Assembly (NCBI RefSeq): GCF_032062105.1
Contig: NW_026921569.1
Coordinates: 1 to 64,000 of the forward strand
Direction: 5' to 3'
DNA from: Saccostrea cucullata
Lineage: Eukaryota
Length of the DNA: 64,000 nucleotides
Shown here one piece after another: positions 27,740 through 41,365 of the stretch. Under the pieces are notes generated by a model that did no database searches, was not told the origin of the DNA, and saw only the letters and a list, made by a program, of their open reading frames with translations. Position 1 is the stretch's first letter. Every line of letters starts with the position of its first letter. The translations under genes and the position numbers were made by a program.

Positions 27740-30700
27740 TGAATTTCTCGATAAGATGAGATGTGATTTTGACTGAGATATTAGTTAAAAGAGAAAGACA
27801 TTAAGTTTTTCTTCATCAAATTTAAAGTTTCTGATATTTATCACGATAGTCTGAACATCTTTTGTTCAATATGGCTTATAAAAATGTTTCCCCTTTTCGA
27901 GACGTAATGCATAAAAAATATAGCATTTTGGCCCCTTGCAAACCTTATATCCATAAAATATGACCAAAATTTTATAACATATTGTTGCAAATCATTTAGA
28001 TGACTACTTTTGCTTCAGTGATGTATAACAAAATATTGATCATTAGAGAGTTATGGATTAAAGAGTTTTAGCCCTTCTCAGTCCCTTATCTGAGGGCTCA
28101 GCCCCATTTCTTTGGTATCAAATGAAAGGTCTTGTGATTTTGAAGATTTTTTATTCAGTATCTTTTCAGAGATTTCTTCTCGTTGTGGAGATAGGCTAAA
28201 TGGAAATATTCAGGGGCCACCCCTACAAGTCCTTAATGGGGCCGTTTTACAAAAATTCAAAGTATGGATATTGTTTAGAACATTATTCTGACCATCTTTT
28301 CTTCAATATTGCTTATCAAAATATTCCCCCTTTTTGAGATATAAAGCGTCAAAGATTTGAAATTCTGGCCCCTTTTGACCCCTAATTACGTAACATATGA
28401 TCAACATTTTATCATATATTGTTGCAAATTGTTAAGATGACTACTTTTGCTTCAGTAATATATAACAAAAAAATGATAATTAGAGAGTTATAGATAAAAG
28501 ACTTTTTGCCCCTTTGAGCCCCTAATTTGAGGGGTCAGCCCCATTTTATTGGTATCAAATGAAAGGTCTTGTAATTTTGCACATTTTTTCTTCAAAATGC
28601 TTTACCACATTATGAACAGGTATGAAGATATGAAACAAAATGTGTCAAATTTTGTGAGATATCTCTGAGACATTTTTTCGTGCCCAACCGAGCTCCGGCG
28701 CCTTTTGCGCTAGAAAGATTTGAAGACCCAATTGCAACTCACCAAACCTTCCTTTATTTTCACTGAAAATCTTAAGTCGATATCTTAAGTCGTTTCGGAG
28801 GAGTTTCCTGGACAAGCCGACCCTCTGAAAATCAGAAAATCCTGAATATCTCGAGATAAGAAGTGACGTCATCAATCAAAAAAATTTCCAATAAGGTTCA
28901 GATCAATACCTACCAGATCTGAAAGTTTCGTGAAATTTGGACGAGTCGTTTCTGAGAACTTGCGTGCACAAAATCGGTTGGAATAATAAAAGGGAAAAAG
29001 AAACCGAACGAAAACAATAAGGTCTTCCGTTGGAGACGGAAGACCTTAATAATTTCTCGTGTTGCATTTCAAAAGTTTTAGTTCGTAGTTGGAATAGCTT
29101 TGAAACAAACTGGCTATTTATATCAAACAGTGATGTCTTGTGTTATGCTAACTTTGGAGGTTAACATTCTTTATAAAATATGGTGAAGGAGTTTCATCTT
29201 TCCTTGGTTTAAACTCATTTAAAAATATTGTTAAATATTGTATACTTGAAAAGTTTCTCTCCAGTCTAATTTTATTGCCTTTCACGATCGTCGCAAAGGA
29301 GCATATAATTTTAATAAGGAAGGTAACATAAACTCTTCGGGGAAACTGTCTACGAAAAAATATAAAGTACTTAACAAATTTTATGATGCACAAGGTAGAT
29401 AACATTTTAAAAATAAGTTTGTAAATCGGATTAGTCTGTGTCGTAAAAGTATTACCATGTTTAATCATTATTATTATATTCAGTGCTGTTTTCTTATTTT
29501 TTTTCAGACACAACTCTTTGTCCTAGAAAATGTCGCGTAAAAATCAACAACTTAGATGAAACAAAACGGGTATTTGATACAAAGTATCGTTTGGAATTTA
29601 TCCATCTAAGATTCAATGTCTTGGTCGAAAATTCAATGAGAATGAAAAGGAAATGCATATTCTTAGATCCATCCAAAGATGGGAGGACAATGGAAATTAA
29701 TTGCAAAATAAATGCAGAAAATTGTAAGTTCTCTTATTCCATGAAGAAATATTTATTCTACTGAAAGATTATTTTATATGAATTAACCAAAAATTATGAA
29801 GAACAATTATATATATAGAGAAAATTCAACACCACCAGAACTTAATAATTATTTATTTGTATGTGGTGAGTATTGTCGTGGCATTATGCATGGGTCGCCG
29901 CACAAATTAATACAACATTGGCAGAACCACTTCAACATCAACATCAAATCAATCAATCAATCATCAATCAAATTCAGCAAATATAAACAAATTGACCGCC
30001 CTGGGTAATCCGCGGACGGTTACTTAGTTAATCTGTACTAATTTACATCAGGGGCCTATATACTAAGTATATAGTCCCCTGTTTACATACACAATCTGCA
30101 ATAATTATTTAATACAAAATGCAGTTTTTCTCCAATTTATCAAACCCAGTCACACAGCAATGTAGTTTGCATCAGCAAAACATTTTCACTCGATCAGTGT
30201 CAACCATTAGTCAACAATTATTTCCCATTAATAGTACTTAGTTAACATATCAGTTGACTTTAGTTTGCGCATACACCAAATGGCTGCAAACGAGTAAACG
30301 TTTGCAGTCACCCCACAAGGGAGCACCAAGTCAACTGACCCACGACAATACTGAACTTCCCTACTTATTTCCTTCCAGATGGACTGATTATAACTATTTC
30401 TGGAAATATCTCCCCTCCAGAGAGGTAAACACCATCTCAGAACCAAAAGGAGGTGATATCCTGTATAGTTTCTGGCAAACACACAAACAAAGGTCATGTT
30501 TAGCAATATCTCTATTAAAACAAACACAGGATCTCTCCATTGGCATTGCTTGATTGTATTGAACATACCTCCATTCTAAACAAAAAAAATTCTTGTTTTA
30601 TCTTATACTGAGTTTTACACTCTCCACCATCCTATCTTGATCATTATCTTCACAGTGAAAACTGTAAGAGACTAAGAGTACAATGTGGTATCATTTATAC

Positions 30701-33700
30701 ACTCTTCAAACAAAATCATTTCATATCATGAAAGTCAATAATCTACATAGGGTTCAAAGCAGAACAATTAACAAACAAATATCACTGCAAACTAACGAGG
30801 ATTTAGAAAAGATTAGTAAGTGGAGTGTACCCTGAGTTTACCACTTGTACCCTTGAGATTTTCATCTACCTGCATACCCCTTTTTTTCTAATTAACACCC
30901 CAATTCATATGAGCAGTGGCTGCCCCTATATTTAAGGACTGTGTTTTAAATTTTCCCCTATCCCCTATCCCTATTTTTTTAGAATGGTAAACTGATACTG
31001 TATAATAGCCTTTCACCCAGAATGACACACCAATGGTCCTTTGATTTTTATCCACAAGAGACAAATACTCAGACATGTACCTAACAGTGCATATACATGG
31101 TTAATTCACAAATTACTGTACAACATTGAATCCTTACCTAGTTACTCACTTACCCTGTTGAACAGACTTAATATTCAAGAACATTATACCTTGGTCAGGT
31201 TCAGTTTTGATGTCTGCAATCTGAATTATAACTGCAATGATAATAATTTTTGGGTGTAAAAGCAGAGTACATGTATACTACAAACCATGCATAATAAAAA
31301 GAACAAAACAAAACGATTAATTAATGTTGATGAAGAATTAGAAAGGTTAGATTCATGTGTAATTCTATGTACCTAATGTGGGAACACTTGCAAAATTTTT
31401 AATAATCATGTGATTGAAATAGTAAAAACTAAATATGTTGCTAATAAATTCCACCTTTTAATTGAATGCACTGCATTGTCAACATAACTTTGCTACCTGT
31501 TTCCTATGGCCTGAATTTATAAACTATAATATATGCATTTACATTAATCTCATGTACCCTATAATTAGAGGATTTTGAGTGAATAAATTAAACTGAACTT
31601 GTGACTTTATCTGAAATAACACTAAAAACTGATGGCAGCAACATACATTGTATGGCCTACAGCAACATACATTGTTTTACCTATCTGATAAATATGCATG
31701 TAGAGCATGAACATGACAAGAATGTAACTCACTGCACTATGTGACTTAAAAATGGTGGCCACATTTCTTTCTAATTAAAGAAGTAATGAAACTTTTGCAA
31801 TGAAAGTACAACACTTTTGTCTTTGTGGCCTAAGATGCCTCAAGAATCTTTCTACTTTAAGGCCATGATCATTCTCACAAATTCCTTGGTAAGCTTTTGT
31901 CCTTGGTGTCAGGTCCCTGAAATGCCTGTACATGCAGTTTATGATAACTTGTACCTGCTATTGAAAACACCTGGTATCTTCTTACCTTAAAAATATTTAT
32001 TATTAATAAATAATAATACTATTAATATTTATATTCATTTATTATTTAAATCTGCATATTGTTCAGACGAACTTTTAACAACCATGTGAAAAACTTTAGA
32101 CTGTTCAAAGAACTTTTTATTAACCGTGTCGTGATGTGAAAATTCTTAAATCCTTTGGTATAGTATGATTGTGTCTGAGGCATAAAAGCCATAACTTACT
32201 TGAAAAATAAAGAATTTTCCAATTTAAATATAACACAAAACTACTGTTGTAAACATAGCTTTGTATGTGACGTCATAGTATATTCACTTAATTGCTCGGG
32301 TACTTCCGTTTTGTGAAAAAAATCCAAGGTTCAAATCTTGATCCTGACGCATTGGGAGTAATACTATTTTTATTTCATTTATATATTGTAAATGTATTTA
32401 CATACACTGCACTTACCTAGCATAGGCAGTAAACGCAAACTATTGGGCTTAAATTGTATCGTCAAAAGCAGATCAACACAAGTTATAAAAGGAACCGAGT
32501 AAGAAATGTTAATGTTGAATAGGGCTCTCCCAATGGTTTCACCATCATACAAACCTATGAACTACAGAATCAGTGATCTTTATACAATCCATGAGCCACT
32601 TATTTCAGCACAAAACCATGTGTTTGCACAGCACACGACAATCCAAAAACATCGTTCGTTATAACATCAAAATAATTTTTCTTTGATATAAAAATTGTAT
32701 CATATGTATATAAAATTGCAATAATTTTAACAATTAACATTTCTTAAAAGCCAATCCGGCATATTTTTACCAATCTAAACGCTTGATTAATCTGTGACCT
32801 CTTTCCTGTTCAGCAACCCGGCATAAGAGGAAGCCCAAGCCCGATCTTAACTTTGAAGTCTGTATATCATACATCTAACCCGATTTGTTTTCTCATAAAA
32901 TAAATGCATCTATTTTATATTTCAAATACATGCTAATATTTAAAATTTAAAAGCTTTATATGACCAATGATCTTGATCCACCGAGGTCATCAAACGTTAC
33001 TTTATCATTACATGTCGCTTATTTGGTCATATTGAAACTATACATGTAGGTTTTTTTTTCATTTTATGCACATATTACTTTCTTTAAACCAGACAAATGT
33101 AAAAAGATGCAATCTCCATTACTCAACTCTCCGTTGAAGACTTGTTTCTATATCAACATTAAATTGTATCCATGGAATATCCCTTTTAATCTGACGCTCC
33201 AGATTATCAAACGCTGCTGAAGAACGTTCGATATGAAAATATTTCTATTTTTTAAGAGGAAAAAAAAATAAACATAACAAAAACGATTGCCCCCAAAAAA
33301 TTAGGTAACCCTTTCTTTGCAGTAGTAGACAGCCCAAAAGATTTGTGTACATCAAGCCATAATTGTACAGAAGAATCCAAGAAATGCTTTTTGACGGGAA
33401 AGATCGGGATCTGCGTATGCAAACCTGAGTATATAGGATTCGAAAATCAATGTTTAAAGGGTAAGTACTTACAGTCGCAGAATTTTATTCTACTATAAAA
33501 GGACCAATTAAGGATATCAAACAAAATGAAAAATAGAAAAACAACATAATTTTCCAAAGGATATATTAGCGCTCTTAAAAACCTGAGTATAACTCTTAAA
33601 CGAAGAAGAGGAGGAAGGAATGTGGTATCGAACTCGTTATTATTTTATTTTTTTTTTTCGATTTTTCCAAAAACCAGCGGATTTACGGTTATTTTACGGA

Positions 33701-36173
33701 ATATAATGCTTCTATCGAACTCATTATTATTGTAAAAAAAAATAAATAAATTTTTTTCCTGGTGTTGTATTTAAAACTTTTAGACATGATTTTTGAAGTT
33801 TGAAATAAATAACATATATTTGTCAAAATTTCTATGAAATTTCTTTCGGATTTAAATTTTAGGAACAAAAGTAGAAATTCTCTGAAAAAAATTATCAAAA
33901 AGCAAAACTATAGTGATATTCACGATATTTGATAAAACTGATACATGTATAAAGATATGTTAACATTCTGTGATTTTGTTTTGAAATCAATTAAAATATT
34001 CAATTCCTTTAATATTGAATGCACTTGAACACATGAAAACAGTAGGATCTATATCTACAATGCTCTAGGAAAACCAAAAGTAGAATATTGTTTTGCATCA
34101 TTTTGATTAAAACAATTACAAAAATGAATTTATCATTGAAATATAACAGCTGGATCATCTTAAGGGGGCCGACTATAGTTTTATTGTGTGAAAACTACAA
34201 TAGCGAAACTTTTCATTTTAATACCATATATAACATACATTAACTTCAGTGTACATGCAAAGTTTGGGGAAAAACTACCGTCCAGGTATTTTTGAAAAAC
34301 GTTCAATTCATAATAAAGATAAACAAAATCAAATATTATGAGGATAGAAAATTAAAGACCATTAAGTTTTAGCATTGATTTGATATTTTTTTATGCTGTC
34401 GGTCTTATTACACCGTCTGGAATACCGCTGTAAAGACGAATAATGACTCCCATCGAATAATGACCGGGAGGGATGTCATTTTTCAACGACGGAAAATGAC
34501 TCCAAACCCGTAGAAAAAGAATAGGCACATTGTCCTTATAGGTCACCTGAGCATCATGCAACAACTTTCCAGTGATTTAATTTGATTCTTGTTTTAAGCC
34601 AGATGCTATGGCATTCAATATTTTAAAAGAGGCAACATTGATCATCATAACTATACACAATGCAATTGCTAAGTTTGGTTACTTAATAGTTAATACCCAT
34701 AGGCAGGGTAGGGGAACAAAAACTGTATTTCAACTAATCAGTGATACTCAGCAATAATCAGTAGTGCCCCTACCACACGTGAACCCCTGACCATAGGTCC
34801 ACACATTGCACAATTTTTGAAAAGGCAACCTTGCTTTTCAAAATGTTTGATTAATACCAATGTGCAGATTTCAAACAATTTATTAATTTTCAGATATACG
34901 TACAGCCCCCCCCATCCCTTTTTGGTACCCCTGACCTTGGGGCCTTGAAATTCACAATTCTAGAAGATTATGAGGGCCCCTGCTCATCATAGATATTCGT
35001 GGGGGATTAAATTTCGTTTATTTCGTTGTTAACAATTTTCAAAGTAATTAAATCCCACACGGAATTTTATGACTATATATGGAAAAAGCTTACTCTCAAA
35101 ACAACAAATTAAATGCCAACGAAACTATTTTCGATGACAGATCAACGAAATTTCATATACCCTTATAAAATTTGTGCTTCCACCAGTATATAGGTAGTTG
35201 ATTTGCTAAATACCCAGGAGCAGAGAAGAAAATTTTCAAAGATTTAAGAAATTTTAAGTATTTTTCACAATATAATCAATAGAGCCCCACCCTAACACCA
35301 GAATTCCTGATCCTGGGGCCATAAAATTCACAATTCTGGTAGAGGCACTCTTGCTTATCATAACTATGCACTTAGTAAGATTATTTAAAAACCAGGAGCG
35401 GAGAAGAAGTTTTTAAAGAATTAATGCATTTTCACTATATAATCAATAGAGCCCCGCCCTAACACCTGAAGCCCTGACCCTGGGGCCATAAAATTCACAA
35501 TTTTGATAGAGACACTCTTGCTAATCATAAATATGCACTTAGTTAGATTATTTATTACCTAGAATCAGAGAAGAAGATTTTCAAAGAATTAATGCATTTT
35601 CACTATATAATCTCAGGCCCCTGGGAGACAGGGATCCTGAAATTCACAATTTTTGTTCCCCTTCACCCAAAGATGCTTTATGCCAAATTTGATTGAAATT
35701 GGTTCAGTGGTTGCAGAGAAGAAGATGAAAATGTTCAAATGTTAACGGAAACGGCAAGACGCACAACGCACGACGACGGACGAAAACGGATAGCAATAGG
35801 TCATCTGAGATTTTTTTTCAGGTGACCTAATAATAAGATAGAAACAAAAAAAAATCAATTTTTGAAGGTCATTATTCTATGGGGTCATGATTCGTCTTTA
35901 CACCGGCGAACTATCATACGGAACTTTTATGCTCTACATAAAACGTTCAATACTTAATTAATAATTAATAATTAATACTTAATTAATAATTACAAGTAAT
36001 AACATACAATTTAAAGGAGCACCTTTGTTCTTTTTCATCAGGAAATTTGAAATTAAATGATACATGCCAGCGAAATGAGCAGTGTTCTGTGGTATCAGGC
36101 TTGGTTTGTCAGAATGATACATGCGTACGTGGGCGTGGATATGTACCACTGAATGATTCAGAATGTTTTCCAT
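19716..36173 (+). CDS. Paralog 2: signal peptide, ~105-aa Cys-containing domain and two EGF/EB-like modules. Exons 19716-19743, 22677-22731, 27519-27610, 29508-29723, 33323-33460, 36042-36173. 3' end unresolved
   Basis: Six GT-AG exons join into a 220-codon open frame (MTKWKHVVEWFLKSLILHYGCSAYNINSEVCLQK...). The last two exons are clearly homologous to 1633-1764 and 1954-2088. Confidence 0.8.
19986..20498 (-). mobile_element. PIF/Harbinger (ISL2EU/HARBI1-like) transposase fragment in intron 1 of paralog 2
   Basis: HTH segment LMTLIRLRQ..FGASTSSV, IRWP, first catalytic motif GAIDGT, YSGHRKFHC; truncated before the remaining DDE residues. Confidence 0.8.
20890..21050 (-). mobile_element. Truncated V-SINE; positional counterpart at 60590-60752
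   Basis: V-core sequence with the same downstream flank in both paralog introns. Confidence 0.7.
24480..26022. mobile_element. HINE-type element nested in the Penelope-like element
   Basis: Hairpin TCCCCCGCTT..AAGTGGGGGA, (GTCC)n microsatellite, matching subterminal AAGCGGGGGAC at ~25990. Confidence 0.65.
25608..25679 (+). pseudogene. tRNA-like remnant (CCC anticodon loop) inside the element
   Basis: A box GTGGTCCAGTGG, stem CTCGC/GTGAG with loop TTCCCAT, B box GTTCAATTC, T-run terminator; acceptor stem imperfect. Confidence 0.45.
27697..29050 (+). mobile_element. Complete HINE-type element with internal ~430-bp tandem repeat
   Basis: 5' AACTAGATG..AGGTCTTCCGTTG subterminal repeat; 3' hairpin AAGGTCTTCCGT..ACGGAAGACCTT. 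Confidence 0.75.
29810..32940 (-). mobile_element. Unclassified non-coding element, monomer (see findings)
   Basis: Both termini and the internal hairpin module are homologous to 53254-59142. Confidence 0.65.
34428..35902. mobile_element. MITE containing a nested HINE (~34515-35830) with ~170-bp satellite-like repeats
   Basis: TIR TGTAAAGACGAATAATGAC / GTCATGATTCGTCTTTACA; hairpin AGGTCATCTGA..TCAGGTGACCT; three repeat units at ~35200-35700. Confidence 0.7.
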
Positions 36174-37229
36174 GTAAGTTTATTTTTTATCAATGTATAA
36201 ATATTTTTACAGTAGCTAAATTGTTATTACAATACTTACTTTTTCCACTACTATTAATTTTTTAAACTAGAAACACATTTGGTCGGCTGATTGGAACATC
36301 AGTGAAGAATACAAAACATGCCGTTCTCATGAATAATTAATGCATTTGTCATTCCAATTAATGAATAAAATTATTTTACCTTTTTACCCACTAGATCTAG
36401 ATGCATTCATAAGATTGCTAAAGTTCTGAATTTATCTTACACTTCTGTCAACACTTAGGCTCTTCAACAAACTTCCTCAACTGAATGAATTGACATTGTC
36501 ATTTCTCCACCTGATGCATTTTTAGTCCAAAAGAATCGTTTTTTATTTGCATATTAGTAGACTTTTTCCCATCGACTTTTGACATATTGTTTACATGTTA
36601 AGCGACGTTGTTACATGCTGTCCATGAAATCCAACGAGAAAGTGTGCATAAGAAATACAGTGTATAATAACTTAAATTCTTTGGTGGAAATAAATAGAGG
36701 TTTTGTATTATTTCAATAATTCTGCATATCACAGCGCAGTCTGTTGGATATGCGTCTTTATCGCAGACGCAGTTATTATTTAATCTACACTGCGAAATTG
36801 CAACTCTCCATTTTTTGGAGGAATTATCGTCCTTTTACATCATGATGAAGCGAAGCTGAGACGTAGGAAAACAACAAGAGATAGACGTCAATTTTTAACC
36901 AGAAGATAGGCGGTATCGTTCTAAAATTTTATTTTTTGAAAACGGTAAGTTGTTACTTTCTCGGGATTTGCGATGATTCTTAGTGAATTACTTAAAATAT
37001 AATTTAATTGCCGAAGTTCAAAAATTTCCATGCACAATGCCCGAGGAAAGTAGCACATGCCGAATCGCATTTGTTCAATATCTTAGTTTAAAACAGGTAA
37101 ATGTATACAAAATAATCATATATAGAGGAAAATATACTATCTAAATTGCTTAATCGCTAACGTTAATAATAATAACATAAAAAACTTTCACGGGTAGAGA
37201 TTTTTGTAGGCAAAAAATAAATCATGCCA

Positions 37230-37800
37230 CTATGGAAATATCGAAAGTCGAATAGTCCATATGCCAGGCCAGCGCCAGCTACAGAAACAATATCGGCACC
37301 GCCCCAATCCACTGGCACAGTCACCACACACAGCCATACTTCCATAGAGGTATGACAATGTCGTTACCCGCATCAGTACCCCCCAACGGAAGCAAACAGG
37401 ATCACAGAACAGCCTGATCAAGATAATGCAGGTAAAAGTACTTGTGTGGGATATGAAATTCATACCAGCAATGATAATAACGATCTTTTGACCCCCAATA
37501 CCATAGACAACACATCATTTAAGTTAAGGTTTAACGTCAATGCGACTACTCGTACTAAAATAGTAGAAGGCCAATACGTAGACTTGGCCGAGCTTTTAAA
37601 AGTTCAACCTTCAGAAACTCCCAACAATACGTTTCATATCAAAAACACAGGGAACTTAATTTTAAAGCCAGAACCCCCCCCCCCCCCCCCCCCCAAAAAA
37701 AATACAACAATCCAAAAGTGGACAGACGCATTCTTGATATTTAGAAGCATTTATCTTTCAGTTCAAAAAGACAAAACCCAACACTTACTCAAATTCAATG
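37230..37800 (+). pseudogene. DIRS/Ngaro-type gag-like fragment
   Basis: KIVEGQYVDLAELL..TIQKWTDAFLIFRSIYL..LLKF resembles gag of tyrosine-recombinase retroelements; no RT or YR seen. Confidence 0.6.
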
Positions 37801-40800
37801 CACGAAAAGCTGAAATTATTTACTTACTTTTTTGCTGAATAAAATCTTTTGCTCTGAATATGATCTCCCTTCTCAAATTATGAAAGATGCTAACGTTGCT
37901 TGCAACCAATGAAACCTCTGTCAATTTAATATATGTAATAAATCTAATCCTTAGTTAAGAATTTTTGTTGTTATTTGTACAGTTTTTGTACCTTTTTTGA
38001 TGAGCTTTGTAGAGTACTCACATATTTCCGTGTGGTCAAATTTTCGTGGTTTGAGGAAAAAATGTTGGTTCGTTGGGATTTGATTTCGTGGATAAAGAAC
38101 TTTTTAGTAGTTGTGCATATCAAAATTTATATTTCGTTGTGAATATGAATTGTGGGTCTGTTCATACCTCGAAAACAACAAAAATTACCCCCCCCCCCCG
38201 AAACGTAGTGATTTCACAGTATTTTCTTCCAAACTCATGTATTTTTAAGGCCCCTGTACATTATCCAGGTCCAGAACATATCACATGTTTGTGTGTTCTT
38301 TTTGACATTTCTCCTTAAAACGTTTAATTTATTATAATAAGCAAAAAACATAAAAAAAACACAAAGTAGTTGTTTACTATCATTTAATCACAATAATAAA
38401 ACAGTTATTGCGGTCAATACGGTGATTAGCAACCTTCGAAATACAATATTCAATATTGTACTCCTCAGATGTCGTAATGATCGAATTCACCATAAAACAG
38501 CAAGTACATTGCATTGTATTGTATAAATCTTTATAAAAGATTTACTGATTACATATTAGATGTTAGGTTTTTAAACAGTTTGATGACAAATATATGGGAT
38601 ACATAAACAAAAGGTATATTCTTTAAAATGCAAATCACATATTTGTGGCAAAATATATTCATTAACAATATTTACATGTAACTCCACCAGAAAATGATTT
38701 CACTTTTCCAGAAAATGATAATGTTGACAACCCTTATTAAAATGGATTTTGACTAGAAACCCAGTTTATAAAACCCCCAAAAAGTCCTTGTTTTTGGCTT
38801 GCTGTTTGGAGATTTTTCTTGAACGTTGAATCCTGAAATAGATATGCAGTCATACATTGATCTAACTAGGTATAATCAAGAGAATACGTGTGTTTTATAT
38901 TTTTAATAATTTAAATTATATTTTAACAATTTTTAACTTGTAAGTTTGTATAGAAAATAACTCTATCACTAGCAAAATAGTCTCGCTAGTTTAAATGAGT
39001 ATTTTGCCATAGAAACTAAAATCAATAAACATTTCGACCACTTTGAAAAATGGTATTCATATTTATTGCTCCTGTCAACATAAATTGCTGGTCATTTCAA
39101 TTTTATTTTAAAGTCGAACGATGTTTGAAGGATACAGAACTTGTAAATTCATAGCATTAACTGTAGTATTAAGCTAAAATAACACAAACAAACTTTCTTC
39201 AGAAATCAGCATTATTTCTCATAGATTTACATTTAAATTGACAACCTGAATAATGTTTACCAAGTAGAGTTGGAGAATTTTATTAGATTTTGTCATAAAG
39301 TTTTAAAAAAATGTGCAAAATTTTGTATGGAATTATATAGAAGGCAAAATAAAATCTCAAATCTAAGCACCAAGGAAAACCTACGATTTCTTTATATTTC
39401 AGGGATTTATTATTTATATCAATACAAATCAAAATCAGTCAAAAAATATATATCAACCCGCGCATCCATTTTTTGTTTGTGGTAAGTACCCTTAATACTG
39501 TATACAAATGTACAACATTTGCTATAGTCCTTCTATATTCAAAACAATTAGATTCTAACTGTATATCATAAAAATTGGGTCGAGGAAGAGTTAAGAATAT
39601 ACGTTGGAAAAACTCAATTAGAATCATTAGCTCTTACATGAACAAATGTTTTTTGGAAATCTACTATATTGATAATGGATAAAAAATGTGACACAAAAAT
39701 GCTAGGTCGATCTCGAGAATTGTCTATCTATATCTGCCGAAATTTACATGTAGGAGAACCTATCACATTAAATTCGTATAAATACAGTTAATTTCGACAC
39801 TAACTTTGCCGTTTCCAACCTCGTTCAATATTACTAGAAGTAGCAATAGGAGTTGAATTTACATTTGAAAGCATTAGAAATGCTTGAACAATAATTTTGT
39901 CATAATATATATTAGAAAATATTTAGCTTAATTGGTAAAATATACCTTTGATTTCAATAATCAAGAAAAAAAGATTTTTATTTAAAGATGGAATCAGACA
40001 TAAATTAGTATAATTTTTACATAATAGAAACAATAGCTTCATACAGAGTCTTCTGAAGGATTTTTCTTTATCTGAAGCCAAGCAATACATGTTTGGGACT
40101 TCACAAAAGGGGGGGGGGGCTTTCAATGATAGCTTTAAAAAATTGCATCAATACAGAAAAGATGATCGATAAAGGAGACTCAAATACCAGTGGGCATGGT
40201 GCTTTTCTTGATGCTTACAATACTATTACAAATTGGAATAGAAATGTAACAGAAAGTAAGAAGAAAAATTCGATTAAAGTTAGGACATTAATAATAATAA
40301 AATGTTCATTTATTCTTATTTATAAAAAAGGATATTTCATTTTTGATCTGTGATATAGAGTTTGCTATTCATTGGTGTCTTTGGGTTACCTGACACCGGG
40401 TTACCTTAAAGAAAGAGACTTCTAAAATGTATTCATTATGGGCAGACACTAGTTAGAATGATCTAACTGTGTGTCGGTACAAGCCCTCACCATAGTTAGA
40501 ATACGTCCCATGTACTTGCAATGTAGCAAATCGGAGCGGATCTGCTCCGAAACGATTTTGAATGATATAAAATGATTTGCACTTGAAATAACTACCAAAA
40601 TACATGTAATCAAAACAAACCTTTTTGAGATTCCTTATGCCTTTTATCCCCCAAAAATAACCCATATAAATACGAAAATTCAATCAATTTTCTCAATGTT
40701 TTTCTCTCGCTTCAAATTAAACTGCCATGTTTACATTCAAAACTCTCCAGATTGTTCGTAGTAAATGCACCGAGTACGAGTTATCGGCTGTGTTTCTTTT

Positions 40801-41365
40801 GCTACATTACGAATACACGGTACGAATTTTATCGTTAAACCGGATCCGTAGGACATTTATCATTTAAACGATAGAAATGGATAAAAACGGCTTCATGGTC
40901 TTTGATTACCTTTTACACTGCTTATTTATCGACCCATGTATGTTTGTCTTGAACAAGCCTCGATAATTATTTTGCTGAAAATCTTTCTTGAAAAAAAAAA
41001 ATCTTACTTACTATATAACTATTGCAATTTAATTTGTCAATCATCATCATGTGCTCGATCATTGTAAAGATCACACGACGAATGTGACAGGAGTACAGGA
41101 ATGCTTTCTCCTCCAAAACATTTAATCCCAATTCTGAAGATATCAGAGGTCAGTGTATGCTCTGCTGTTTATTTTTAAATGGTTTGAATACTTATAGTTC
41201 TTCATATTTTGTAAAAAGACATATTTTATCTTAATATTTTGTCAAATGGAGAATTATTATTATTTCAACTTCATCTTTACCAAATATTAAACGACATCTG
41301 TTTATTTTAAGTTTACATTAGCTAGAAGTACGAGTAAGCTTTTCTTATCAACATTTTACGTTTTC

